NCBI GenBank assembly: GCA_944358775.1
Contig: CALVRU010000003.1
Location: 5,783 to 69,782, forward strand
Length of the DNA stretch: 64,000 bases
DNA from: an uncultured Bacilli bacterium
GTDB taxonomy: Bacteria > Bacillota_I > Bacilli_A > RF39 > UBA660
Direction: 5' to 3'
In this document: positions 35,687 through 46,922 of the stretch, piece after piece
Layout of the letters: each line of letters starts with the position of its first letter
How positions within the stretch are numbered: position 1 is the first letter of the stretch
The notes under the pieces: model-generated
What the model saw: only the letters and a program-made list of their open reading frames with translations
Databases searched by the model: none
Told to the model about the DNA's origin: nothing
Translations under genes and position numbers: made by a program

Positions 35687-37489
35687 ATGAGTATGATACA
35701 GATCATGGATGAAGATCTTGCTAACAAGATTGCTGCTGGAGAAGTTGTCGAGCGGTGCATGAATGTTGTAAAGGAATTGGTTGAAAATTCAATCGATGCG
35801 AAGAGTACGGAAATTCATATTGATTTGATTGACTCTGGTATTAAAGAAATTCGCGTTGGCGATAATGGAATTGGCATGAACAAGGAAGATGCAGTGCTTG
35901 CTTTTTCACGACATGCTACTTCGAAACTAAAATCGATTGAAGATTTATTTCAAATTCATTCTTTGGGATTTCGTGGCGAAGCGTTACCATCAATTGCGGC
36001 AGTTTCACATGTTGTTTTAAAAACATCGGATGGAACCAGTGGGACGCTTGTCGAGATCAATGGTGGTAAGTTAGAAAAAGTCGAAGCGACCGATCTTCGT
36101 CAAGGGACAATCATTACCGTTTCGGATTTGTTTTATAATACGCCGGTTCGCTTAAAGTATTTGCGCAACCCATATGCGGAACTAGCTAGTATTACGGATT
36201 ATATTAATAAGATGGCTCTTAGTTATCCGGCAATTAAATTTGTTCTTACCAATAATAATAAAATATTGTTAAATACGGATGGAAGCAATCGTCTTTTAAA
36301 AGTAATTCATGCGATTTATGGATTAGAAGTTACGAAAAAAATGGTTGAAATTCATAATGCAAATGACGATTATGAGATCAGTGGTTATATTTCTTATCCG
36401 GAGATGATGAAAAACAATCGGAACGCCATTACGATTATGGTCAATGGTCGTGTGATTAAGAATAATGAAGTGATTCGCTACATTTGTGATAGTTATCATA
36501 CTTATATGCCACCGGATAAATTTCCAATTGCAGTAATCAAAATTGAAGTCGATCCTATTTTAGTCGATGTGAATATTCATCCGACGAAGATGGATGTAAA
36601 ATTTTCGAAGATCGAGGCTTTAAAAGAGTTGATCCTATCGACTATTTCTAGTACTTTAGAAAAGCTTACTTTAATTCCAGATGCAGGCCTTAAAACGGTT
36701 TCAGAAGGAAACACGACAAAGGTTGCCAATTATTATGGAACGTATTCCTTGAGTGATCGTGAATATGATATCGATAAGAAAAATGAAGAGTTTGCTCAAT
36801 TTGAAAAAATGTCTCTTTCGCTAGAAGTGGCGGAAGATCAAGACACGATTACGAATACATTACAATCCTCTTCGAATGAATCGGAACACGAAGAAAAAAA
36901 AGAGCCACGAATCAAGGAAATGTATCCAGTAGGTTTAGTGCACGGTACTTATATTGTGGCCGAAAATGAAGATGGAATGTTTCTGATTGATCAACATGCC
37001 GCGAATGAAAGAATTAATTATGAATATTATTTAAAAGAGTTATCGAATCCAACCCCTCATAAAACAGACTTATTAGTACCGATCACTTTAGAGTTTCCGA
37101 GTAATGAATGGATCATATTAAAAGAGCATCTTGATTTACTTACCAAAATGGGGTTTGAATTTGAAGACTTTGGATTCCAAACATTGCTTATTCGAACTGT
37201 ACCACTTTGGTTACCAAAAGGGAATGAAGAGTTAGCGATTCGTAAGATTATGGATATTATTACATCGATTGAAGACTTTTCACTTGCTAAGTTTTTTGAT
37301 CATGTTGCTGCGACAGTGGCATGCAAGGCGAGTATTAAAGCCAATGATTTTATTACGGAAGATGATATGAGGGTATTGTTGTCGCGATTACGAGCATGTC
37401 AAAATCCATTTACTTGTCCACATGGACGACCGACGATTATCACTTATTCGAATTATGAATTAGAACGTTTATTTAAACGAGCTATGTAG
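35687..37489 (+). CDS. mutL: DNA mismatch repair protein MutL
   Basis: MSMIQIMDEDLANKIAAGEVVER (GHKL ATPase N-terminus), ...GFRGEAL..., C-terminal dimerisation domain with FTCPHGRP. The ORF-track extension back to 35432 is an artefact of the upstream GC-rich patch. Confidence 0.9.
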   Translation: MSMIQIMDEDLANKIAAGEVVERCMNVVKELVENSIDAKSTEIHIDLIDSGIKEIRVGDNGIGMNKEDAVLAFSRHATSKLKSIEDLFQIHSLGFRGEALPSIAAVSHVVLKTSDGTSGTLVEINGGKLEKVEATDLRQGTIITVSDLFYNTPVRLKYLRNPYAELASITDYINKMALSYPAIKFVLTNNNKILLNTDGSNRLLKVIHAIYGLEVTKKMVEIHNANDDYEISGYISYPEMMKNNRNAITIMVNGRVIKNNEVIRYICDSYHTYMPPDKFPIAVIKIEVDPILVDVNIHPTKMDVKFSKIEALKELILSTISSTLEKLTLIPDAGLKTVSEGNTTKVANYYGTYSLSDREYDIDKKNEEFAQFEKMSLSLEVAEDQDTITNTLQSSSNESEHEEKKEPRIKEMYPVGLVHGTYIVAENEDGMFLIDQHAANERINYEYYLKELSNPTPHKTDLLVPITLEFPSNEWIILKEHLDLLTKMGFEFEDFGFQTLLIRTVPLWLPKGNEELAIRKIMDIITSIEDFSLAKFFDHVAATVACKASIKANDFITEDDMRVLLSRLRACQNPFTCPHGRPTIITYSNYELERLFKRAM

Positions 37490-37497
37490 GGGGATTT

Positions 37498-38124
37498 ATG
37501 AACAAAATAACACCATATGCGATTTCCGAATATCGCAGTGCTTTAAAATTAAGACGGGAACGTTTTACTTTACGTGATTTTTTCGAGGAAAGAAAAGAAA
37601 AGAACTATATTGCAGCGAATATGATTGCCTATACGCTCAGTCGATATTATGCAAATGGTTATCCGGCGATTCCTTATGAGTTCACTACTACTTCACAGGA
37701 TTCGATCTTATCTTTTTTGACGAATTTAAATACGAGAGGGGCCTGTTTTTTATGTGACCCGGAGGACGAGACCATTTATCCAAAAGGGCAACTTCCTTTG
37801 TTGGAAGAGAATGGGTTGGCGATTAGTAGTTCGTATTCTTATTTTTTAGAGCAAACGTTACAGGCTAATTTTGGATACTTCCAAAATTTTGATTATATTG
37901 GTTGCATAACGGGAAATGTTGATGATCCATATTATCAAATTCAAGTGAAAAGTTGTGATGAGATGATCGAACGTTTGAAAGACAATTTCGGTGACGCTGT
38001 ACAAATAGGACGCGATTGGGAATTAGTTGATACGAAACCGACGATTTACCATTCGACTGCATTCTGTTGTATAAAGCGGAGTAATCCTTGTGAGTTGGTG
38101 AAACGGTATTATGCAAAAAATTAA
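37498..38124 (+). CDS. hypothetical protein
   Basis: 208-aa ORF between mutL and miaA. Confidence 0.35.
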   Translation: MNKITPYAISEYRSALKLRRERFTLRDFFEERKEKNYIAANMIAYTLSRYYANGYPAIPYEFTTTSQDSILSFLTNLNTRGACFLCDPEDETIYPKGQLPLLEENGLAISSSYSYFLEQTLQANFGYFQNFDYIGCITGNVDDPYYQIQVKSCDEMIERLKDNFGDAVQIGRDWELVDTKPTIYHSTAFCCIKRSNPCELVKRYYAKN

Positions 38125-39028
38125 GAATCAAAAATGCCCGATTTTGGTCATTGTCGGTCCGACTGGAGTCGGCAAAACAGCTCTTAGTATCGCTCTAGCA
38201 AAAGCTTTTCAAGGAGAAATTATCAATGCCGATAGTATGCAAGTTTATCGTGGATTGAATATTGGAACAGCAAAGGTAACGGAAAAAGAGAAAGAAAATA
38301 TACCGCATCATCTATTTGATGTTTGTGATGTCGAAGATTTCTATACAGTATACGATTATCAAAAAGATGCTCGTGAAAAAATACGAGAAATCGAAGAAAG
38401 AGGACATACTCCAATTTTTGTTGGTGGTACGGGGTTATATTTAAAAGCAGCATTATATCGTTATGATTTTCAAAAAGAAAGTGTCTATGATGATTGTCGT
38501 GATAAAAGTAATGAAGAAATTATGCAATTCCTAGAAGAAAGAAAAGTTTCTCATGAGATCCATATTCATAATCGAAAGCGCTTAATTCGTCTTTACAACC
38601 GGGTATTGAATCATAATTTGCCGACCAATAGTGGAAATGAAGTATTATATGATTTTATTTGTATCGGTTTGACAGCACCTAGAGATCAATTGTATCGGCG
38701 AATTAATGAAAGAGTCGATCAAATGATTCAAAACGGTTTAATGGATGAAGTACGATCTTTCTATGATCAAAATATTAGAAGTAAAGCGTTGCAGACCGGC
38801 ATTGGTTATAAAGAATGGTACGATTATTTTGATGGAGACCAGACACTCTCCGAAACGATTGCTAAAATAAAACAAAATTCAAGACACTACGCCAAACGGC
38901 AGTATACGTTTTTTCGCCATCAATTACCAGTTACTTGGTTCGAAGTAAATTACAATAACTTTCAGGTGACGATCGATGAAATCAAGACATATTGTCAAAA
39001 ACAGTTCCAAAATAAAAAGTCACGATAG
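38111..39028 (+). CDS. miaA: tRNA dimethylallyltransferase
   Basis: P-loop VIVGPTGVGKTALS; INADSMQVYRGLNIGTAKVT. Confidence 0.9.
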   Translation: MQKIKNQKCPILVIVGPTGVGKTALSIALAKAFQGEIINADSMQVYRGLNIGTAKVTEKEKENIPHHLFDVCDVEDFYTVYDYQKDAREKIREIEERGHTPIFVGGTGLYLKAALYRYDFQKESVYDDCRDKSNEEIMQFLEERKVSHEIHIHNRKRLIRLYNRVLNHNLPTNSGNEVLYDFICIGLTAPRDQLYRRINERVDQMIQNGLMDEVRSFYDQNIRSKALQTGIGYKEWYDYFDGDQTLSETIAKIKQNSRHYAKRQYTFFRHQLPVTWFEVNYNNFQVTIDEIKTYCQKQFQNKKSR

Positions 39029-39038
39029 AAGTGACTTT

Positions 39039-39953
39039 TTATTTGGCCTCTTGATAAATTGCTGTATCAAAATTATGTTGGTTTGTTTGTAGTTCTTGTA
39101 GTTCTTGAGTAGTGATTAAAAAGAAATTATATTCTAGAACATCTTTGCCATTTGTAACAATCGGATCATCCCACGTTAGATCGAGATGAAGCCATTGATC
39201 ATTTACTTTTACGAGATTCCATACATGGTTTTCACTGGCGATTTTATAATTGGGGATTTGATAAAGATCTAAGAATAATTTCATACTATCCGCATAACCA
39301 CCACAGATTCCATAACCTTGAATTAGATTTCCATAAGCAGTATCCGACTGATATTTTACTGTTTTTTGGTCGCTTCGATCGCTATCGTAACGGCTGTTAT
39401 TAATGATATAATCATGAATTAGTTTGATCATTTTTTCGGGATCTTGTTCATCTTGAATCACATCTTTTTGAATCTCTTTTGTTTTTTGTTGAAGGGACCG
39501 AATCATTTCGTCCGTATAAGTATGACTGATTTTGATCGTTATTTTACCAAGTGTATCGTATTCCGTCTCGATACTTTTAAAACTGTTGTAGGGATGGACG
39601 AAATTATTAATATGGGAGAGTAATACTTGATTGTTTGAGATGTCTTTTACATCTTGGATGCATTCTTTGTATTCCTCGCTACAGTAAAAGACAAAATCGG
39701 TTAAACCGCGATCTAAAATAGTGTAATAAATATTCAAGATATCTTGTTTATTCGATGGCGTAAAATTTGTAGTCGACTGTACGAACGAGTAATTTTCCCC
39801 TAGAAAATAGTCGTTTTTTTCATTGGCACTTAAAGTGACAGTCTTATCGATCGAGACAAAATGATCGACATAAAACTTCACTAAAGGTTCACGATATAGG
39901 CAAGTTAAGCCCAAAATAAGTAACAGCATTCCAGATACAAATAGTTTTTTCAT
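39039..39953 (-). CDS. membrane-anchored transglutaminase-like cysteine protease-fold protein
   Basis: YGICGGYADSMKLF...HVWNLVKV...DLTWDD gives a Cys-His-Asp core typical of the transglutaminase-like superfamily. Confidence 0.5.
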   Translation of the reverse strand: MKKLFVSGMLLLILGLTCLYREPLVKFYVDHFVSIDKTVTLSANEKNDYFLGENYSFVQSTTNFTPSNKQDILNIYYTILDRGLTDFVFYCSEEYKECIQDVKDISNNQVLLSHINNFVHPYNSFKSIETEYDTLGKITIKISHTYTDEMIRSLQQKTKEIQKDVIQDEQDPEKMIKLIHDYIINNSRYDSDRSDQKTVKYQSDTAYGNLIQGYGICGGYADSMKLFLDLYQIPNYKIASENHVWNLVKVNDQWLHLDLTWDDPIVTNGKDVLEYNFFLITTQELQELQTNQHNFDTAIYQEAK

Positions 39954-40015
39954 GATTCTTCACCTTATTATCATTATAGCAAAGGAAGCCAAAAAAAAGA
40001 AGTAAAACTTCGATT

Positions 40016-40279
40016 TTACTCCATTGCATTTGTTAATTTCGTCAATCTTGATTTTTCTCTTGACGCTTTATTTTGTTTGATGACACCACCTGTTAAAGCC
40101 TTGTCGATTCTTTTTGCCGCAACTTGTAAGTTTTTCTTGGCAGTCTCTTTATCGTTTGCTTTTACTGCTTTTTCGACATTTTTAACAGCAGTTCTCATAC
40201 TTGATTTTAACACGGTATTGTTTTCGGCTTTTTTAATTGTTTGTTTTACACGCTTTTTGGCACTCTTAATATTTGGCAT
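40016..40279 (-). CDS. rpsT: 30S ribosomal protein S20
   Basis: 87 aa, MPNIKSAKKRVKQ...; basic. Confidence 0.95.
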   Translation of the reverse strand: MPNIKSAKKRVKQTIKKAENNTVLKSSMRTAVKNVEKAVKANDKETAKKNLQVAAKRIDKALTGGVIKQNKASREKSRLTKLTNAME

Positions 40280-40381
40280 TTTCTCACCTCACTTTTTGTA
40301 ACATTTTCATTCTACCAAATAATCCTAAAAAATGCAAATAAAACTGACGTTTTTTGGGAAAAATAATGCTAGGTGAGAAAG

Positions 40382-41446
40382 ATGCATGAAATCGATTTAA
40401 AAAAATACCAAGTACGTACCGATTTGATTTTGGATAGTATCGTTCATCAAAATTTGCGGGATCTAGAAAAAAAGGAACGACTTCACGGCAAAATTCGGAC
40501 GACCGAAGTGTATTTAGATGCTAAGAGTGCCAAGACTTTGGATAAGATGGAAGGGACTTATCTAACGATTAGTTTTATCGATATTACGGACTCCAGTCGC
40601 CAAGAACAATTAGGAGAAGTATTAGTCGAAGAACTCACTCATCTTTTGGAACTATCTGGGATTAAAGCGACGGATAAATGCTTTGTCGTTGGTCTTGGCA
40701 ATCGTGAATCGACACCGGATGCACTTGGTCCTAAAGTAATCGATGATATTTTAGTGACGAAATATTTATTTGACTTCGATCCATCACAAGTATCCAAAGA
40801 ATATCGCAATGTATCTGCTTTTATTCCGGGGGTAATGGGCTCTACTGGAATTGAATCAAGCGATGTTATTTTAGGAATAATTGAGCGTACCAAACCGGAT
40901 TTTCTGATTGTCATCGACGCTTTAGCCGCTTCGAATATCGATCGCTGTAATAAGACAATTCAACTGACCGATACTGGTATTCATCCAGGAAGTGGCGTTG
41001 GCAATAGTCGAAAAGAAATTTCCAAGGCAACGATTGGAATACCAGTAATTGCGATCGGGGTACCGACCATTGTCGATGCTGTTACAATCGTTTCTGATAC
41101 GATTCAGTTTATGTTAAAACAATTTAGTTACAACAAAGAAAACTTGCGAAATCATCGCCATAAATTGATCCCCAGTATTCATCGCAATTATTTAAATCAT
41201 CAAACGAATTTAACGGCCAAAGAGAAGGAACAGCTACTTGGAATGGTCGGCATGTTAGAGGAAGATCAAATGAAATCTTTAATCTTTGAAGTTTTAACAC
41301 CAATCGGATATAATTTGATGGTAACTCCCAAAGAAGTTGATTTTGTCATCGAAAAATTAAGTAAAGTGATCTCTCGTAGTATCAATCAATGTCTTCATCC
41401 CAAATTGCGAAAAGAACTAGAACAGCGTAAATCCGACAAAACCTAA
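40382..41446 (+). CDS. gpr: spore germination protease (GPR endopeptidase)
   Basis: VVGLGNRESTPDALGPKV, DTGIHPGSGVGN and LMVTPKEVD follow B. subtilis Gpr closely; divergent from rpsT as in Bacillus. Confidence 0.9.
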   Translation: MHEIDLKKYQVRTDLILDSIVHQNLRDLEKKERLHGKIRTTEVYLDAKSAKTLDKMEGTYLTISFIDITDSSRQEQLGEVLVEELTHLLELSGIKATDKCFVVGLGNRESTPDALGPKVIDDILVTKYLFDFDPSQVSKEYRNVSAFIPGVMGSTGIESSDVILGIIERTKPDFLIVIDALAASNIDRCNKTIQLTDTGIHPGSGVGNSRKEISKATIGIPVIAIGVPTIVDAVTIVSDTIQFMLKQFSYNKENLRNHRHKLIPSIHRNYLNHQTNLTAKEKEQLLGMVGMLEEDQMKSLIFEVLTPIGYNLMVTPKEVDFVIEKLSKVISRSINQCLHPKLRKELEQRKSDKT

Positions 41447-41492
41447 CGTCATATTGTGGTATTCTCTTTCATAGAATGAAGGGAGAGTAGAT

Positions 41493-42497
41493 ATGAAACA
41501 AATGAAATTGAAAAAGAATAAAAAGAAATCTTCGAAAAAAAAGTGGTATATTTTTCTTCTTTGTACCGCGATGGTTCTTACGTTTTGTTATGAGGCCATG
41601 ATGCATTTGGAATTTAATATATCGAACGAAGAGTTTATTCGTCGGCTACTACAAGATGGGAATCATCATAACAATTCTGTTCAAACAAGTAATAATGTGT
41701 TGACGGAAGTATTACAATTTTTTTCGGGGATTAATTTTCAGGATGCCACTTCGATTTTGCAAAAAAACTATCAAGGTTTGACGGACCTTAGTGTAGATAG
41801 TGACCAACAGATTAGTCTAGAGGATGCTTCTAAATTGAGTGAATATATTGAAAATCCGTATCCAGACAAGGTTACCACCGATCCCTTGGTTTATATTTAC
41901 AATACTCATCAATTAGAACAGTACAGTAAAAGTAATATCGAAAGTTATAATGTTACTCCCAATGTGATGATGGCAAGTTATATTTTGAAAGAAAAGCTAA
42001 ACGATCTTGGAATTTCCAGTTTAGTAGAAGAACAAAACGTGACGGAACTCTTACAGATGAACAATTGGAATTATGCTTCTAGTTATAAAGTGACAAAGAT
42101 GTTAATGGAAGATGCGAAGGAAAAAAATCCAACTTTAAAATATTTTGTCGACTTGCACCGAGATTCAGTTACAAAAGGAATTTCGACTGCCGAAATCAAT
42201 GGAAAAAATTATGCTAAAATCATGTTTATTGTCGGTCTTGAAAATCCCGATTATGAAAAGAATTTAGCGATTACGAACGATATCAATGAACGCCTAAAGA
42301 AAAAGTATCCTGGTATTTCACGCGGGATTTACAAAAAAGAAGGAAAAGGTGTGAATGGAGTCTATAATCAAGATGTCAGTCCGAATGCAATTTTAATTGA
42401 ATGTGGTGGATATGAAAATACCATTGAGGAGGTTTTGAATACGATTGAGGCAATCGCCCAAGTATTGGCGGATTATATAGGTGATAACAATGGGTAA
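41493..42497 (+). CDS. spoIIP: stage II sporulation protein P (SpoIIP-like amidase)
   Basis: Signal-anchor; VYIYNTHQLEQY...LHRDS core; follows gpr as in Bacillus. Confidence 0.75.
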   Translation: MKQMKLKKNKKKSSKKKWYIFLLCTAMVLTFCYEAMMHLEFNISNEEFIRRLLQDGNHHNNSVQTSNNVLTEVLQFFSGINFQDATSILQKNYQGLTDLSVDSDQQISLEDASKLSEYIENPYPDKVTTDPLVYIYNTHQLEQYSKSNIESYNVTPNVMMASYILKEKLNDLGISSLVEEQNVTELLQMNNWNYASSYKVTKMLMEDAKEKNPTLKYFVDLHRDSVTKGISTAEINGKNYAKIMFIVGLENPDYEKNLAITNDINERLKKKYPGISRGIYKKEGKGVNGVYNQDVSPNAILIECGGYENTIEEVLNTIEAIAQVLADYIGDNNG

Positions 42498-42825
42498 TAT
42501 CACGAAGAGCCAAGTGGCAAAATTTTTCCTTGCTTTTTTATTTTTATTATTTATTGGACTTTATTTTACAGCCTCAAATGGTTATTATGAAACGGAAGAA
42601 CGGCGGAAGACAACATTGACTGAAGAACAAATTGACAAGTTTGAAGAAGATGTTAAAAATGGCAAGCAGATTGATATCGAAGACTATTTGAAATTAAATG
42701 AAAAAAATTACGATAACAAAATCTCGACGATCGCCTTAAATTTATCCAAAGAAATCAGTAAAACGTTTGGCAAAGGACTCGATTATATCTTTTCATCGAT
42801 GGCAAAAGCTGTCAATGAAAAATGA
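42481..42825 (+). CDS. small membrane protein (YqxA-like by position)
   Basis: 114 aa with an N-terminal TM; sits between spoIIP and lepA. Confidence 0.35.
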   Translation: MITMGNITKSQVAKFFLAFLFLLFIGLYFTASNGYYETEERRKTTLTEEQIDKFEEDVKNGKQIDIEDYLKLNEKNYDNKISTIALNLSKEISKTFGKGLDYIFSSMAKAVNEK

Positions 42826-42886
42826 TTGTAATTTTGAAAGATGTGTGGTATAATATATTCCACTGAAATTGCGAGGAGATAACAAA

Positions 42887-43603
42887 ATGCAAAATTATAC
42901 AGTTTATGATATTAGTCAAGCCTTACAGTGGGGCATGAAACCGCTTTTAGATTTTATGTATCCGCCTTATTTAGAACAGTTTTTAATGCCAAAATTGAAG
43001 TTGGTAAAATACCGTCAATTACCTAGTACGTTGGCGAGTAATGAGGTAGATGCAATCATTAGAGATATTCGTAGTATCAAACGAATTGAAATTGAAAAAC
43101 TCAATTCTCAATTTTTGATATCGCTTTATTGCCGAAGTTTACCGAACCCGCTTACCACAAAAAAACATATCTTATTAGAATCGAGCAATGGAGATGCCGC
43201 TTACTATCCAAATGAACTGGGATTGCCAAGTCGTATTACGAATTTGCATATTCTACAACAAGAGTTTCAAAGCATGTATTATGTTCTACAGCGAAAAAGT
43301 GTGATTCTACATAATCCTTATTTGCTCGATTGTCATGCCCTTGAAGATCAAAATGGTCATCATTATTATTTCTATGAATTTTACCCAGATCGGGTTTATG
43401 AATTGCCATTTTTAAGTGAGTTACAACAAAAGGTATATGCAATTCCAAGCGAAGAATTAAAAGAACGCTTTGTTACGGAACAAGAATTGTCACGACATTG
43501 TGCATTTAATTCTTTACTCGATCATAATTATTTAAAAGCATCGCAGGAAGAAAAAGAAGACTATTGTAAAATATATCATAAAAAAAGTAAGTTCTCGATT
43601 TAA
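42887..43603 (+). CDS. hypothetical protein
   Basis: 238 aa counted from the first ATG, with RBS GAGGAG; no recognisable motif. Confidence 0.35.
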   Translation: MQNYTVYDISQALQWGMKPLLDFMYPPYLEQFLMPKLKLVKYRQLPSTLASNEVDAIIRDIRSIKRIEIEKLNSQFLISLYCRSLPNPLTTKKHILLESSNGDAAYYPNELGLPSRITNLHILQQEFQSMYYVLQRKSVILHNPYLLDCHALEDQNGHHYYFYEFYPDRVYELPFLSELQQKVYAIPSEELKERFVTEQELSRHCAFNSLLDHNYLKASQEEKEDYCKIYHKKSKFSI

Positions 43604-43670
43604 GAACTTCTTTTTCTTTGCGCTTTATTAAGAAATACGTTATAATGTTACTAGTTTGGTGGTGATCAAG

Positions 43671-45473
43671 ATGAAGCAAGAAAACATTCGTAATTTTTCA
43701 ATTATCGCCCATATCGATCATGGGAAAAGTACTCTTGCCGATCGTATATTGGAAGTGACAAATGCCGTTTCCAAGCGCGAAGCAAAAGAGCAAATGCTCG
43801 ATAATATGGATATCGAACGAGAACGTGGAATTACGATCAAGTTAAATGCCGTCCAACTTACGTATCAATATGAAAATCAAGAGTACTATCTCCATTTGAT
43901 CGATACGCCAGGACATGTCGATTTTAGTTATGAAGTAAGTCGTAGCTTGGCTGCTTGTGAAGGAGCAATCTTAGTAGTCGATGCGGCGCAAGGCGTAGAG
44001 GCTCAGACACTTGCTAACCTTTATTTAGCAATGGAACACGATCTGACAATTATTCCAGTTATCAATAAGATCGATTTGCCAAACGCCGATATCGAAAAAG
44101 TAAAAAAAGAATTAATCGAAGATTTGGGATTTTCGGAAGACGAAATCATTTTGACAAGTGCTAAGACAGGATACGGGGTAGAGGAGTTGGTCCAAGCGAT
44201 TATCAAACGGATTCCAGCGCCAACGGGAGATCCTAAAGCTCCGTTACAAGGGCTTATTTTTGATAGCTTTTTCGATCCCTACCGTGGGGTTGTCATTTCG
44301 ACGCGTATTGTCAATGGCGAGTTAAAAGTAGGAGACGAAATTCTACTAATGGAAACAAATGCTACTTACGAAGTAATAGAGCTTGCCGTGATGACACCGA
44401 AAGAACAAAAAGTATCGCTTTTATCTAGTGGCGAAGTTGGACATATCATTGCATCGATTAAATCGATTGAAGATGTCCGAGTTGGGGATACAGTCACACT
44501 TAAGAGTTGTAAAGCACTCAAACCACTTCCTGGTTACCAACCGATGAAATCGATGGTTTACTGTGGAATTTACCCGATTGACTCAACGAAATTTGATGAT
44601 TTGCGCGAAGCATTAGATAAACTAAAACTAAACGACGCTTCCCTTGTTTATGAACCGGAAACCTCCAAAGCATTAGGGTTTGGTTTTCGATGTGGCTTTT
44701 TAGGACTATTGCATATGGAAATCATCGAAGAGCGAATCGAGCGAGAATTTAAAATTGATTTAATTGCAACCGCTCCATCCGTTATTTATCGAGTGGTTAT
44801 GACAGATGGGAGCATTTTAGAAATTGATGCTCCAACGAAATTACCAGATCGAGTTAAAATAAAGGAAATAGAAGAACCGTATGTAAAAACGAGTATTTTT
44901 ACGCCAACCGAGTATATCGGTCCGATCATGGAATTGTGTCAGAACAAAAGGGGCGTGTATCGAGCAATGGATTATCTCGATAAAGAACGCGTCAATATTC
45001 ATTATGAATTGCCGCTTTCGGAAATTATCTATGATTTTTTTGATCGTTTAAAGTCGACGACGAAAGGATATGCTTCTTTCGATTATGAATTAATCGGTTA
45101 TCGTGTCAGTGATTTGGTACGATTAGATATTTTATTGAATGGTGAGATTGTCGACGCATTCAGTACGATCGTACATAAAGATTTTGCTTATTCTAGAGGC
45201 CGAAATTTGGTTGAAAAACTACGTTCGATTATTCCCCGTCAGATGTTTGAAGTACCGATCCAAGCAGCGATTGGTAGTAAGATCATCGCCCGGGCAGATA
45301 TTAAAGCAATGCGTAAAGATGTGTTGGCCAAATGTTATGGTGGCGATGTATCACGAAAGAAAAAGTTATTAGAAAAGCAAAAAGAGGGAAAAAAGCGGAT
45401 GAAGCAAATCGGAGCTGTCGAAGTACCGCAAGAAGCCTTTTTATCGGTACTATCAATGGATGAAAAAGCATAG
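43671..45473 (+). CDS. lepA: elongation factor 4 (LepA)
   Basis: [21 protein letters not shown] (G1), DTPGHVDF (G3), NKID (G4); characteristic LepA C-terminal domain. Confidence 0.95.
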   Translation: MKQENIRNFSIIAHIDHGKSTLADRILEVTNAVSKREAKEQMLDNMDIERERGITIKLNAVQLTYQYENQEYYLHLIDTPGHVDFSYEVSRSLAACEGAILVVDAAQGVEAQTLANLYLAMEHDLTIIPVINKIDLPNADIEKVKKELIEDLGFSEDEIILTSAKTGYGVEELVQAIIKRIPAPTGDPKAPLQGLIFDSFFDPYRGVVISTRIVNGELKVGDEILLMETNATYEVIELAVMTPKEQKVSLLSSGEVGHIIASIKSIEDVRVGDTVTLKSCKALKPLPGYQPMKSMVYCGIYPIDSTKFDDLREALDKLKLNDASLVYEPETSKALGFGFRCGFLGLLHMEIIEERIEREFKIDLIATAPSVIYRVVMTDGSILEIDAPTKLPDRVKIKEIEEPYVKTSIFTPTEYIGPIMELCQNKRGVYRAMDYLDKERVNIHYELPLSEIIYDFFDRLKSTTKGYASFDYELIGYRVSDLVRLDILLNGEIVDAFSTIVHKDFAYSRGRNLVEKLRSIIPRQMFEVPIQAAIGSKIIARADIKAMRKDVLAKCYGGDVSRKKKLLEKQKEGKKRMKQIGAVEVPQEAFLSVLSMDEKA

Positions 45474-45524
45474 ACTTTTTCTCTTTTTTTTGCTATAATA
45501 AGTTATTCAAAAAGAGGGGATTTT

Positions 45525-46202
45525 ATGAAATTGAGTCGAAAACAACAAGAAATCTATGATCGGACGAATGAATTGTGGTATCGTTATGTTGTCGACGGAA
45601 AAAATCAAACGGAACTTGCTCAAGAGTGGCATATGACTCATCAGGCAATTTCATTGCACATGAAGAAAATCGAACGATTTCCCGATCTAAAAGAGAAATA
45701 CGAAGAAATTCGCAGACAACAATATGAGCAGGAGAAACAAGTTTTAAGCATAAAAAAACAAAGACTTCTCCAAAAGAAGCAGCAATTGCTTATGAGTATT
45801 GTTGACGATATTTTGCTAACACATGCTTCTTACCTGGAAATTGCTCAAAAATACCATATGGGCTTTTCAACAGTGGCATGGCATGTGAACAATTTTGAGA
45901 AAGCGCATCCGGAATATCGCGAAGCACTGCAACAAGTAAGAAAAGAAAATCAGCAGATCGTATCATTCACGCAAGAGCAATCTCTTACAAAAGCAAGACA
46001 AGTATTCGAGTATCTGTTGGAGACAGCGGTACCAGTTCGTGTAGCAGCTTATGAATTATATTTTCCAGTTGGAATGTATGAATATTATCGGCAGTTGTTA
46101 TTAAATTCGAATTGTAGTTCGGATCAAGAACTAGTCTTTTCTGTATCTCTTATGTTAGAACAAGAGCCACAGCGGGCTCCTATTTTGATTCTCCAGAAAT
46201 AA
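45525..46202 (+). CDS. multi-HTH DNA-binding protein (paralogue 1)
   Basis: At least two HTH-like segments (ELAQEWHMTHQAISLHMKKI and YLEIAQKYHMGFSTVAWHV). Confidence 0.4.
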   Translation: MKLSRKQQEIYDRTNELWYRYVVDGKNQTELAQEWHMTHQAISLHMKKIERFPDLKEKYEEIRRQQYEQEKQVLSIKKQRLLQKKQQLLMSIVDDILLTHASYLEIAQKYHMGFSTVAWHVNNFEKAHPEYREALQQVRKENQQIVSFTQEQSLTKARQVFEYLLETAVPVRVAAYELYFPVGMYEYYRQLLLNSNCSSDQELVFSVSLMLEQEPQRAPILILQK

Positions 46203-46217
46203 AAAGGAGGAAAAGTT

Positions 46218-46922
46218 ATGACGCGAGAAGAACAATCCGCTTTAAAAGAACAACGAATTCGAACTATTTGGGAAATGATTTTGAAAGAACATTTGTCAGT
46301 TGTCGAGATCAGTAAACGACTTCAAGTAACGAGAGCCTATGTGTACGAGTTATTAAAAGATACTTCCCATTTCGAAGAATTATCTCGTTGGGTAGAAGAG
46401 CAACAAATGGACCAAAAATTACAACAGTTTGTCCAAAAACAAAATAAGCAATATCAAAATGCTCTTAAAATATACTGCAAATATTTTCCGTATTACCAGT
46501 ACATGCGTCTTCATCAGGCTACTTATTTTGAGACGGCCAATCATTTTAACACCTCTTTAGGAGCGATTGAAAATGGAATTCAACATCTAAAAGCTTTATC
46601 ACCATCGATCTGTGATCCGCTTAGAATTATCGCTCAAAATAATATTCATCATTCCCATCGTCCCAAAGGACGTTATCAAAGAAAAAGAAAAGTAAATATG
46701 GTACGTGTTTATCAAACGGTACGCTTTATTTTAGAACATCCGTGTACGTTACAAAAAGCAGCCAGTCTACAAGGAATGACTTATTGGCAAGTACACTACG
46801 ATTTAAAATGCGCATTGAGTTCGGATGATGTTACTTTGGTAGAAAATGCGACACGAGCGAAACAGATAGCTTTTATGGAACGAAATAAAGAAAAAGAAAA
46901 GAGGATAAAAAGTGGTAACTAG
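46218..46922 (+). CDS. multi-HTH DNA-binding protein (paralogue 2)
   Basis: HTH-like segments VVEISKRLQVTRAYVYELL, YFETANHFNTSLGAIENGI and LQKAASLQGMTYWQVHY; same architecture as the upstream gene. Confidence 0.4.
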   Translation: MTREEQSALKEQRIRTIWEMILKEHLSVVEISKRLQVTRAYVYELLKDTSHFEELSRWVEEQQMDQKLQQFVQKQNKQYQNALKIYCKYFPYYQYMRLHQATYFETANHFNTSLGAIENGIQHLKALSPSICDPLRIIAQNNIHHSHRPKGRYQRKRKVNMVRVYQTVRFILEHPCTLQKAASLQGMTYWQVHYDLKCALSSDDVTLVENATRAKQIAFMERNKEKEKRIKSGN

